Assembly: GCA_017992175.1 (NCBI GenBank)
Contig: JAGOPD010000004.1
Coordinates: forward strand, 29,477-93,476
Length of the DNA stretch: 64,000 nt
Origin: Candidatus Saccharicenans sp.
Lineage (GTDB): Bacteria > Acidobacteriota > Aminicenantia > Aminicenantales > Saccharicenantaceae
Direction of reading: 5' to 3'
The notes below the pieces were generated by a model that saw nothing but the letters and a program-made list of their open reading frames with translations, was not told where the DNA came from and did not search any database. Both the position numbers and the translations under genes were made by a program. Positions 53,593-61,618 of this stretch are shown piece after piece (within the stretch, counting starts at the first letter, position 1; each line of letters opens with the position of its first letter).

Positions 53593-55135
53593 CTGTTTTG
53601 CCGGTAACTGCCGCTTTCATCAGGCTGGTCTCTGTCCAGTCAGCCGCTGGCCGGACAGCAATCAACTGGCCGCGATGGAAAACAGCTAAGCGGTCACTTA
53701 CCCCCAGCAGTTCTGGCAGATAAGAACTGACAAAGATGACTGTCTTTTTCTCTGCGGCCAGGCGGCCCATAATTTCATAAATCTGAGATTTGCTCTTAAC
53801 ATCAATTCCCCTGGTTGGCTCATCCATTAAGAAAATCGAAGCTTGTTGATGCAACAGCCTGGCCAGAGCTACCTTTTGCTGATTGCCACCGGACAGAGTC
53901 CAGACTTTTTCTTCCGGCGATTGAGTTCTGATTGATAGCTTCTCGACCCAGCTGGAGGCTGCTTGTTTTTGCTTCCTGCCGCTGATCAGTCCCTGCGAAC
54001 TATAAGGCCGCAGATAGCTCAGGGTTAAATTATCAGTCACGCTCATTCTTAAAGCCAGACCTTCTGATTGCCGGTCCTCACTCAAAAAGCCCAGTCCCCG
54101 CTTGATGCTAAATTCTGGATGAACCGGCCTGAATGACTGGCCCTTAAGCACTACCAGGCCGCCTTCTACCCGGTCAAGTCCGAAGAGAGCCTTTAAGAAT
54201 TCTGTTCGTCCGGCTCCGACCAGTCCAGCCACCCCCAGTATCTCGCCTTCCCTGACTTCCAGAGAAACAGGCTGGGTCATTTTCCGGCTTTTAAGTCCGG
54301 CGCACTCCATGATAGTCTGGCCAGGCTGGTGAGGAATCCGCGGATAAAGCTCGTTTAACCTCTGACCGATGATCATTTCAATTAATTGATCAATTGAGAT
54401 GTCGCAGATTTTTCCCCGGCCAGCCACCTGTCCATCCCTTAAGACCACAAACCGGTCGGCCACCTGTCTGACTTCTTCCAGAAAATGGCTGACATAAACA
54501 ACAGCAGTTCCCTGGCTTTTAAGCTTCTTGATTATTTCAAAAAGATAATTGGTATCTTCCCCGGACAGGCTGCTGGTTGGTTCATCCATAATCAAAATCC
54601 GTGATTGCCTGACCAGAGCCCGGGCGATCTCCACCACCTGCCGGGCTCCAGCCGACAGCTGGCTTACCCGGACCTCAGGGGAAATTTCAGGATGATGCAA
54701 GAAATTCAGCACCTCTCTTATTTTTTCCAGGTTTCTCTTTCTGTTGACCAGGCCAAAACGGCTGACCTCCTGGCCCAGCATGATATTTTCTTCGACGGTT
54801 AAATGGGGAGCTAAGTTCAGTTCCTGATAAATAACGGCCAGACCTTGCCGGAGGCCATCAACCGGGCTGGAGGGACAATAGGCTTCACCGGCCAGCTTCA
54901 TAACCCCACCGTCAGGCTGATAAGCGCCGCTTAAGATTTTAATCAGGGTGCTTTTCCCGGCACCGTTTTCCCCCAGAATCGCCTCGACTTCCCCTTCTCT
55001 TAGATCAAAATCAATATTATTCAGGACAAGGTTGTGCCCAAATCTTTTGCTTATTGAACTTAATTCAAGCAGCTGGCTTTTCCCGGTCATAAACAAAGTC
55101 ATTCCTGGCAGGAAGGCAGACTGGCCTGCCGGCAA
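53555..55135 (-). CDS. sugar ABC transporter ATP-binding protein (two fused ABC cassettes, RbsA-like)
   Basis: Walker A GENGAGKST and GLVGAGRTE. Signatures LSAGARQVV and LSGGNQQKV. Walker B ILIMDEPT and IFLMDEPT. Confidence 0.88.
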   Translation of the reverse strand: MPAGQSAFLPGMTLFMTGKSQLLELSSISKRFGHNLVLNNIDFDLREGEVEAILGENGAGKSTLIKILSGAYQPDGGVMKLAGEAYCPSSPVDGLRQGLAVIYQELNLAPHLTVEENIMLGQEVSRFGLVNRKRNLEKIREVLNFLHHPEISPEVRVSQLSAGARQVVEIARALVRQSRILIMDEPTSSLSGEDTNYLFEIIKKLKSQGTAVVYVSHFLEEVRQVADRFVVLRDGQVAGRGKICDISIDQLIEMIIGQRLNELYPRIPHQPGQTIMECAGLKSRKMTQPVSLEVREGEILGVAGLVGAGRTEFLKALFGLDRVEGGLVVLKGQSFRPVHPEFSIKRGLGFLSEDRQSEGLALRMSVTDNLTLSYLRPYSSQGLISGRKQKQAASSWVEKLSIRTQSPEEKVWTLSGGNQQKVALARLLHQQASIFLMDEPTRGIDVKSKSQIYEIMGRLAAEKKTVIFVSSYLPELLGVSDRLAVFHRGQLIAVRPAADWTETSLMKAAVTGKTDEDNGKRCEDEA

Positions 55136-55145
55136 TTTAGAATTA

Positions 55146-56153
55146 TTATTTTAGATATTCACTGATATCTGGTTCAAGCAAAGATTTGATCTCCGGATCA
55201 TTCATATTGTCAGGAGTGGCTATTTTCACTCCAGTATCAATCCTCTTTTCGATCGGCCGTTTCTCGAGATAATCAATCAAGGTCTTGACGCCCAGATAAC
55301 CCATATTGACTGGATCCTGAAGCACCAGTCCCTGAATCTCGTTAGCTCGCAGAGCTTGAATCAATTTAGCCGAACTATCGAAGCCAACCAGCTTAACCTG
55401 GCCGGCCAGACCGGCAGCCTGGAGGGCCCGACAGGCCCCGAAAGTGCTTGATTCATTGGGAGCAAATATCCCGTCAACCTGAGGAAATCTGCTTAGCAGG
55501 TTCTCGGTCAGTTGATAGGCAGTTTCAGTCGTCGTGCCGGCATACTGATCTTTGACCAGAATATTTATATTCGGATAGTCTTTGATCATAGTTTCGAGAA
55601 AGCCTTCTTCCCGGTAGGTTGTGCTGGCCGAACCCTCCAAATATCTGATCAAAAAAATATCGCCCTGACCGTTCAAGACCTCAGCCAGCCGCCTGGCAGC
55701 CAGCACCCCGCCTTGATAATTATCAGTGGCCACAAAGCTCAGGTAATTATCTCCCTGAAGATTCGAATCAATGATGACCACCGGGATTCCTTCCTGTCTG
55801 GCTTCGTCTACCGGCCGGAGTAAAGCCCGGTCATCAAGTGGAGCCAGGACAATTCCATCCACCCGTCGGTTAATAAAATCTTCAACCACTGTTATCTGTT
55901 GAGCCCGGTCATCCTCTTTCTGGGGACCTTTCCAGAAAATCTGGGCTCCAAATTCTTTAGCGGCTTTTTCCGCTCCGGCCCGGACAGCTTTCCAGTATTC
56001 ATGAGTTGTTCCTTTCGGAATGACGGCTAACTGATATTTTTTAACTTCTGCTTGAGAAGTATCGCCGCTGTTTCTGGACTGACAGGAAAAGAGCCAGAAA
56101 AAAGAAAACATTAATAAAGCCAAAATTTTTAAGGCCTGGATGCTGTTTTTCAT
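55146..56153 (-). CDS. sugar ABC transporter substrate-binding lipoprotein (RbsB-like, periplasmic binding protein family 1)
   Basis: Lipobox LFSC and the typical PBP1 pattern (AVIPKG..H.YW..V..GA). Confidence 0.85.
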   Translation of the reverse strand: MKNSIQALKILALLMFSFFWLFSCQSRNSGDTSQAEVKKYQLAVIPKGTTHEYWKAVRAGAEKAAKEFGAQIFWKGPQKEDDRAQQITVVEDFINRRVDGIVLAPLDDRALLRPVDEARQEGIPVVIIDSNLQGDNYLSFVATDNYQGGVLAARRLAEVLNGQGDIFLIRYLEGSASTTYREEGFLETMIKDYPNINILVKDQYAGTTTETAYQLTENLLSRFPQVDGIFAPNESSTFGACRALQAAGLAGQVKLVGFDSSAKLIQALRANEIQGLVLQDPVNMGYLGVKTLIDYLEKRPIEKRIDTGVKIATPDNMNDPEIKSLLEPDISEYLK

Positions 56154-56261
56154 GCCCTCAGTATAATGCAGAGCTAAAAATTAAGTCAAAGAAATTTATC
56201 AGGGGAAAACTACGGAGGGAAAATTAAGACAAATAATTACCTGGTCACCGCTGGCCGGCCG

Positions 56262-56313
56262 GAAAAAAAGGAGAATGAAGAGGAGCTATTTTCAGCCATC
56301 TGAATAGCTCCTC
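56262..56313 (-). terminator. intrinsic terminator after the 65 aa gene (second of two tandem hairpins)
   Basis: 11 bp stem gaggagctatt (56280-56290) / aatagctcctc (56303-56313). On the minus strand it is followed by a T-rich run that includes TTTTTTT (56263-56269). A first 9 bp hairpin lies at 56321-56342. Confidence 0.7.
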
Positions 56314-56360
56314 CTCAGACAGCAGGGAGATTACTCCCTGCTTATCGGCTTTAAAGTTAA

Positions 56361-56558
56361 TCAGCCTTTCTTTAGAATCGGCATGCCAGTCTTAGCTGTT
56401 TCTACTACTTTATAGCCAGCCGGCACCGCCTCGAGGGCTCCGGGCCGGACATCTCTGGCAAAATAGTAGATAGTTTGCTTTTTGCCGCCGCGCAGCTCAA
56501 CTTCACGTGAATGCAGGTAGTAAGTAACTCCCTTTTTGTTTTTGAATTCGTAAGGCAT
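56361..56558 (-). CDS. small conserved-looking hypothetical protein (65 aa, basic)
   Basis: Good SD (GGAGG, 8 nt spacing) and its own terminator. The sequence MPYEFKNKKGVTYYLHS...IYYFA looks like a small beta-rich domain. No family name recalled with confidence. Confidence 0.6.
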   Translation of the reverse strand: MPYEFKNKKGVTYYLHSREVELRGGKKQTIYYFARDVRPGALEAVPAGYKVVETAKTGMPILKKG

Positions 56559-56592
56559 GAATTAAACCTCCAAAAAAAATTTCAATCAGAAA

Positions 56593-57867
56593 CTAAAACT
56601 TGTAACCGAAAGTAAACCCAAGCAACTGGCCCCGGGTATGATATTTTCCTTCACCGAGTGAATCAGGATAAATATTTCTGTTGGGTGAAGTTCGGTCAGA
56701 AAAAATTTCATACTGATAACCTAAATTGACTTCAAATCTGCCTTTAGTATAGCCAAAACCCGCCGTAAAAGCTACCCTGTTGGCATCAGGCAGGGAAGGA
56801 TCCATCGTCTCTATCGGTTGAGGTGCTTGATCATAGAGGGCCCCGACCCTCAGGGCGATATTCTCCTTAACCAGATATTGAGCTCCGGCCCGTAGAATGA
56901 TGGTGTCTTTGAAATTCTGCTCGACCAGCTGCTCATCAGTGCCGTCGTTGGCATAATTTATTTCAATCAGGTAATTGTCATAATTGCTCCAGGTAAAAAG
57001 CTGCCCTTCCACCGACAGCAGGAGTTTGGGTGTAGCCTGATAGGCAAAACCGAGTCCGAAAATACCAGGGTATTTGAAAGTCAGGGCAACGTCAGCCGAA
57101 GACGGGATATAGGGTAATAGAACCGAAGGAACCCGGCTGGTATCAAGAGTCAGTGGGCCGCTAAGATCCACATTAAAACTACTTCGCCAGTTAAAGCCGG
57201 CAGAAAATTTATCCTTTTTGAACAGCAAGCCGGCATTAAAGCCAACAGTATCCCCTTTGGCCTTGGACAGCGAGGCGGGAATGTCACCGGCCCAGGTATC
57301 AGGAATTTCTACGTGCTGAACCAGGTTCTGAGAAAGAGCGGCGTGAATATAAGAGACTCCGGCACCAATTGATAAGTGATCGGTTAACTTGATTCCAATG
57401 GCCGGATTAATAAACATGGTCTGGAGCGAAGTCTCGGTTGAGATGTAGCGCAGAGGATAATTAACTGGCCAGGAAGTTCCTAATCCATAAGGAGCAAAAA
57501 AGCCCAGACCAACGGTCACTCTTGAACCCAGTGATTGGGTCAGATAAAAGTGAGGCGGGAAAAAGGTCTGATCTAACTGATAAACTTTTTGATAAGCAGG
57601 GTCAGGCCAGTTGGGTAGCTCTAACCAGCCGGCGGGGAAAACAAAGGTTCCGCCAACATTGACTTGAGTTCCACGGAGCCAGGCTATCCCGGCCGGATTG
57701 TAAAAAATAGCTGTCGGGTTATTGGCAATACTGACGAAAGCGCCAGCCATGCCCATGGCGGCTGCTCCATGCTCATAGATCAAAAAGCCTGAGCCTGAAG
57801 CCAGCGAATAAACCAGGAGTAAAGCCACTGCTAGAATTGAGATTTTTTTCACCGTCCTTCCCTCCAT
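56593..57867 (-). CDS. outer-membrane transport protein, OMPP1/FadL/TodX family
   Basis: Signal peptide, N-terminal GSGFLIYEHGAAAMGMAGAF hatch-like motif and a C-terminal ...GFTFGYKF beta-signal. GTG at 57855 with an upstream GGAGG is an alternative start. Confidence 0.8.
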   Translation of the reverse strand: MEGRTVKKISILAVALLLVYSLASGSGFLIYEHGAAAMGMAGAFVSIANNPTAIFYNPAGIAWLRGTQVNVGGTFVFPAGWLELPNWPDPAYQKVYQLDQTFFPPHFYLTQSLGSRVTVGLGFFAPYGLGTSWPVNYPLRYISTETSLQTMFINPAIGIKLTDHLSIGAGVSYIHAALSQNLVQHVEIPDTWAGDIPASLSKAKGDTVGFNAGLLFKKDKFSAGFNWRSSFNVDLSGPLTLDTSRVPSVLLPYIPSSADVALTFKYPGIFGLGFAYQATPKLLLSVEGQLFTWSNYDNYLIEINYANDGTDEQLVEQNFKDTIILRAGAQYLVKENIALRVGALYDQAPQPIETMDPSLPDANRVAFTAGFGYTKGRFEVNLGYQYEIFSDRTSPNRNIYPDSLGEGKYHTRGQLLGFTFGYKF

Positions 57868-57954
57868 TCAATAAGATTTAATTTAATCAAACAGGATCTG
57901 GCTATCTTTTATTAAATTTATCTCTCGGTGTCAAGATTAAGCTGATTTTTTTAC

Positions 57955-58257
57955 TCACTGGATAAAACCGACTCCTGGGGGCACTTCAGCCGGGATAATC
58001 GGGCCGAACAGGTCTTCATATCTCTTTAAATTCTCCTGTAGAGCTTCGGCAAATCTTTTGGCATGGGCTGGACTGACAATCAGTCTGGCCACCAGCTTGC
58101 CCATCGGGCCGTCAGGAAAGATAAAAGCGAAATCAAAGATAAACTCTTCGCGGCTGTGCCGGATGGCCGCCAGGTTAGAATACTGGCCGATCGCCGTTTG
58201 TTCATCCACCTTAATATCAATCTTTCTCTCGGGATTATTATCCTGAGCCATAGCCAC
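57955..58257 (-). CDS. DUF3467 family protein
   Basis: 100 aa. The pattern YSNLAAIRHSREEFIFDFAF...RLIVSP.HAKR is typical of DUF3467. SD AAGGAGG. Confidence 0.7.
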   Translation of the reverse strand: MAMAQDNNPERKIDIKVDEQTAIGQYSNLAAIRHSREEFIFDFAFIFPDGPMGKLVARLIVSPAHAKRFAEALQENLKRYEDLFGPIIPAEVPPGVGFIQ

Positions 58258-58325
58258 CTCCTTGGCCGGACTTAGAATTCTAAATTATTGTCCCGGCTTT
58301 TTCCTGCTCCTAATTTTAATCCAAA

Positions 58326-58352
58326 TCAGGTCAGGAAGCGAGCCTGACCTGA
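58326..58352. other. perfect 10 bp stem-loop (possible distal minus-strand terminator)
   Basis: The hairpin is tcaggtcagg-aagcgag-cctgacctga. On the minus strand it is followed by TTTGGATTAAAATT. Confidence 0.45.
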
Positions 58353-58509
58353 GATTGCCAGATGCCCGGCCAGCTATTGCTCGATAAGGAAAGACAGCTG
58401 TCTGTTCTTTTCAATAGATAAATATTGTTTTTGTGAAAACGTTAACGCAATTTACCCGATTATTTTGCTAACTTATTGAATTTAAATAAATAAAAAATAT
58501 AAAAAATCC

Positions 58510-58537
58510 TTGCTTTTTGACTTGATTGGCCTATAAT
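58510..58537 (+). promoter_or_regulatory. orphan sigma-70 promoter with an A/T-rich UP-like element; no annotated + strand gene downstream
   Basis: TTGCTT (58510-58515), 16 bp spacer, TATAAT (58532-58537). It is preceded by ~45 nt of almost pure A/T (58465-58508). Confidence 0.45.
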
Positions 58538-58805
58538 GATAATGGCTTTCCTGGGCGGGCTGGGGAAAGCCCCCACCTTTTTGGTTCCCATCATCAACCC
58601 CCCTTTTGCTGACAACAGCCCGCTTTCTTATCAGTCAACCAAAAACAAATAGCTTTAAACTATGACTGGAATTATGAGTTGAAACGAATAGTTGATCGGC
58701 TAAAGATGGCAGTCAGCTAACCAACATATCGAAAAGATAGTAAGGAGAATCCTTTCTCTGGCCCTCAAATTTATATCAGACTATGGCTCTTTATAGAGCA
58801 GCCAG

Positions 58806-60287
58806 TCAGTCAGAATAAAACTTAATCATCTGCTTGACGGCTTCCAGACAAACCGGGCAGTAGGGCTTCGCCCCTTTAGTAAACATGATGCAGTCAACCG
58901 CTGGCCGGTAAAGCCCGGTCGAGGCATAACCGGCGCCTTCAAAAACACCAACCTTCCCGGCATATTTGCTTCTGGCCAGAAACTCTTCCACCTTTTTGCC
59001 CTGCTCTAAGGATAATTTTTCACTTTCAGTTTCGAGTTTGGTTACTTCATCCTTGGGGGCCCCTTCTCTTTTCATTCTGGCTATCCGTTCATTGAGCTCC
59101 TGCCTGACCTTCTGATAGGCCAGATCAAAGCGGTCGAACTCCTCTTTTTCCCAGGGGGTTGGGACAGCTATCCCCGGTGTTAACAGCTTTTTCCACTTGA
59201 CATCTTTTGGGTTCAACAGGGCAGTGATATTAGGCTCAACCGGCTCTATGCCCGGCGGATAAAATTCATTATAGGCTACCTGGGAGGTGTAATATTCATC
59301 AGCCAGGCCGGTGAAGGAATGACCAAATTCATGGAGCATCAGGTATTCATACCACTGGTTGTCAGTAGTAAAGGTGCAATAAAGGTTATAGATACCACCA
59401 CCGCCATAACGGTTATGATTGACCATAATCATCAAAGCATCATAAGGAACATTGGAGGCCAGGTCTCGCAGCCGCCGGTTATCATCGGTCAGAAGATAAC
59501 GGTCAGAGCCAAGAGAATCAAAGCTACAGCCCAGAGCAGTCTGCTTGAATTGCCCGTAGCCAGGCTCATCACAACCGCTCTCGGCTGACGGTTTAAACAC
59601 TCCATAGATATTGAACTTATTCTTAAGGCTTTTATATGGCTCCTGGGAGAAAAAGACGGCCACGAATTTATCCAGATCCTGCTTGAGTTTTCCTTCTTCA
59701 GCGGCAGTGTAGCCCTCAGCCAGAAAAGCCAGGTCTACTTTCTGGGCGGGAGGCCCGCTTTTTAAAAGCTCAAAGACTTTGACCCCTGGTTCAGGTTTTT
59801 CTTTGACAATAAAGATGGAGGCCGGGTCTATTTCCTGGGAGAAAATTTGGTGAAAATTATTATTTTTGTCTCTGACCTCAATCGCCAGGCTGATTTTCTG
59901 CTTCGGATAAGGAATTAGGACAGTTTCCTGAAAAGTCCGTTTGATGCCTTTTAAAGCTTCGTCGGTCGTTTTATATTCGCCAAACAGGCTATCGAAAGCC
60001 CGGGCAAAAATTAACTGGCCAGTGGCCTGGTCATAAACCCGGGCGCAATAGCGGCCTCTCATAAAGGGATCAATCAGAGTTTTAACTGGACCGGCCCAGA
60101 GACCCTGATCATAGATCTTATCCAGGGCTATGACCTCCTGCTGGTTATCGCCCAGGTGATAATAATCAATCCTCATTGTCCGGTCGAGAAAGAACCGGTT
60201 GAAATCAACTTTGGCCTGATTGCCGAAAGCCAAAAGAAACGGAGACAAAATAAGCAAGGCAAGAAGCAGAATATTAATCTTTTTCAT
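58806..60287 (-). CDS. secreted M64-family (IgA-peptidase-like) zinc metallopeptidase
   Basis: Signal peptide. HEFGHSFTGLADEY zinc motif. 493 aa. Confidence 0.8.
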   Translation of the reverse strand: MKKINILLLALLILSPFLLAFGNQAKVDFNRFFLDRTMRIDYYHLGDNQQEVIALDKIYDQGLWAGPVKTLIDPFMRGRYCARVYDQATGQLIFARAFDSLFGEYKTTDEALKGIKRTFQETVLIPYPKQKISLAIEVRDKNNNFHQIFSQEIDPASIFIVKEKPEPGVKVFELLKSGPPAQKVDLAFLAEGYTAAEEGKLKQDLDKFVAVFFSQEPYKSLKNKFNIYGVFKPSAESGCDEPGYGQFKQTALGCSFDSLGSDRYLLTDDNRRLRDLASNVPYDALMIMVNHNRYGGGGIYNLYCTFTTDNQWYEYLMLHEFGHSFTGLADEYYTSQVAYNEFYPPGIEPVEPNITALLNPKDVKWKKLLTPGIAVPTPWEKEEFDRFDLAYQKVRQELNERIARMKREGAPKDEVTKLETESEKLSLEQGKKVEEFLARSKYAGKVGVFEGAGYASTGLYRPAVDCIMFTKGAKPYCPVCLEAVKQMIKFYSD

Positions 60288-60309
60288 TTTTCAGACCTCC
60301 ACGGCGATT

Positions 60310-61167
60310 TTAATCAGCCGGCTCGGGTTTGATCGCCCGGCCAGCAATTTCTTTAAGAAGTTTAAAAGCCAGAGAGGCGGTGATGTCTGAGACATCCCGT
60401 CCTGGATTGAGTTCGACCAGGTCAAAACCGACAATGGCCGCTTTCAGATGGTGAATTAAGTTGAAGACCTGGCGCGGGGTTAAACCGCCTGGTTCATGAT
60501 GGGCCACCCCGGGAGCAAAAGCCGGATCGAAAACATCAAGGTCAAGAGAAATATAAAGCGGGTTTTTAAACTCCAGAACCAGGTCATCAGTCAGATTCCA
60601 GGCTTCAATTGTCCTGACGCCATGTTTTTGAGCCAGCTCCCTCTGCTGAGGGGTAAAAGATCTCTGGCCAATCTGAACGAGTTGCTCCACCAGCCCATCT
60701 TCCAGAATTCTGGCTAAGGGGCAGGCATGTGATAAGCGGTCTCCATAAAGCTCGTCATACAGATCAGGGTGAGCATCTAAGTGAAGAAGATCAAGATGCT
60801 CAAACCGGCCGGCCATGCCCTTAACTGAAGGATAGGTAATAGAATGATCGCCACCCAGAATAATTGGAATGGCTCCGCGATTGACCACTTCAGACACTGC
60901 CGCTTCTATTCCGGAGAAAGTTTTGTCAACATCACCTGAAGTATCAACGTCACCCAGGTCAACCAGAACGGTTTCCTCAGCTAAATCAACTTCCAGTTCG
61001 GTATCGGGGTTGTAAGTTTTCCCGGTGGACACCCGGCGGATAGCAGCTGGCCCGCCGGCTGCTCCCCGGATAAAGCTTGATTTTTCATCAAAAGGGACAC
61101 CTATTATTCCCAGGGTAAAATCAGGATGAAGACTGCGATTTTTCAGGGCACCGCCAAAATCGGTCAT
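60310..61167 (-). CDS. speB: agmatinase / ureohydrolase family enzyme
   Basis: Arginase-family Mn ligand motifs GGDHSITYP, LDAHPDLYD and SLDLDVFDPAFAPG. Confidence 0.8.
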   Translation of the reverse strand: MTDFGGALKNRSLHPDFTLGIIGVPFDEKSSFIRGAAGGPAAIRRVSTGKTYNPDTELEVDLAEETVLVDLGDVDTSGDVDKTFSGIEAAVSEVVNRGAIPIILGGDHSITYPSVKGMAGRFEHLDLLHLDAHPDLYDELYGDRLSHACPLARILEDGLVEQLVQIGQRSFTPQQRELAQKHGVRTIEAWNLTDDLVLEFKNPLYISLDLDVFDPAFAPGVAHHEPGGLTPRQVFNLIHHLKAAIVGFDLVELNPGRDVSDITASLAFKLLKEIAGRAIKPEPAD

Positions 61168-61359
61168 TTTCTCCTCCAGTTTTAGTAAAATTATACTGAA
61201 TAAACCGGTAAAACTAAAGATAAGTTTGATTTTAAGAAATGGCAGGAAAGCAACAGAAGGTAAATCTCCAGAAGATCAAGGGAAAATTAGAAGCTGGTAA
61301 AATCGTCAGGAAAGCGTCTGAAAGCAGGGAAAAAATTTAATAGAGCTAAAGGCTAAACT

Positions 61360-61387
61360 AAAAAAAATCTCCCCCCGTCCGGGGAGA
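61360..61387 (-). terminator. strong intrinsic terminator on the minus strand with no annotated upstream gene
   Basis: Stem tctcccc (61368-61374) / ggggaga (61381-61387) with a 6 nt loop. On the minus strand it is followed by eight T (61360-61367). Confidence 0.65.
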
Positions 61388-61498
61388 AAGCGGGAGGAAA
61401 GAGGAGAGAGATCTCCTGCCCCCTCCCTTTCCTCTGCAACCTTGGCCTGCCTCGTTTAGAGGCAAGCGTAGGATTCCATAGCCAGGAATTTAACTCAA

Positions 61499-61530
61499 TC
61501 ACCCCTCCAGGGGTATTGGAGGGTGATTTT
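61499..61530 (+). terminator. terminator-like hairpin on the + strand
   Basis: The hairpin is tcacccctcca-ggggtat-tggagggtga (one bulged C) followed by TTTT. It lies upstream of the likely promoter of the ferritin-like gene. Confidence 0.4.
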
Positions 61531-61618
61531 CAAGCCGGAAAAACCATTTTTCTTTCACCCCCAAAATGATTATAATTTTTTAACTGCAGACTAATCAGGA
61601 AAGAAAGGAAGACAGTTA

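Larger units (their letters stand above)
61360..61530. ncRNA. candidate structured RNA (array of ~5 hairpins flanked by outward-facing terminator-like hairpins); strand unresolved
   Basis: Hairpins lie at 61368-61387, ~61392-61434 (purine-rich arm against pyrimidine-rich arm), 61448-61464, 61473-61489 and 61499-61526. There is no ORF of at least 60 aa. Confidence 0.3.

Noticed and set aside
56154-56170. Apparent -10 (TATACT) only 6 nt before the start codon of the sugar-binding protein gene, suggesting a leaderless mRNA
   Set aside because: The hexamer is part of a near-palindrome that also reads TATAAT on the opposite strand. Without a TSS the inference is too weak to report.
58326-58352. 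Possible SRP (4.5S) RNA because of CAGGUCAGG...AGC similarity to the domain IV core
   Set aside because: The element is a perfect 10 bp hairpin with an AAGCGAG loop. The GGAA tetraloop and the conserved symmetric/asymmetric internal loops are absent, and there is no extended flanking helix.
58517-58537. Textbook TTGACT and TATAAT hexamers
   Set aside because: They are separated by only 9 bp, so they cannot act together. The weaker TTGCTT at 16 bp was used as the -35 instead.
61239-61340. 33 aa Lys-rich mini-ORF (MAGKQQKVNLQKIKGKLEAGKIVRKASESREKI)
   Set aside because: It has no SD and no convincing promoter. The composition simply mirrors the purine-rich strand of the agmatinase upstream region. 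It is kept only as a remote possibility.
61388-61434. RNase P-like GGAGGAAAG purine block
   Set aside because: The conserved GGAAAGUCCGGGC core and the rest of the P4/P15 landmarks are absent, and the region is far too short.
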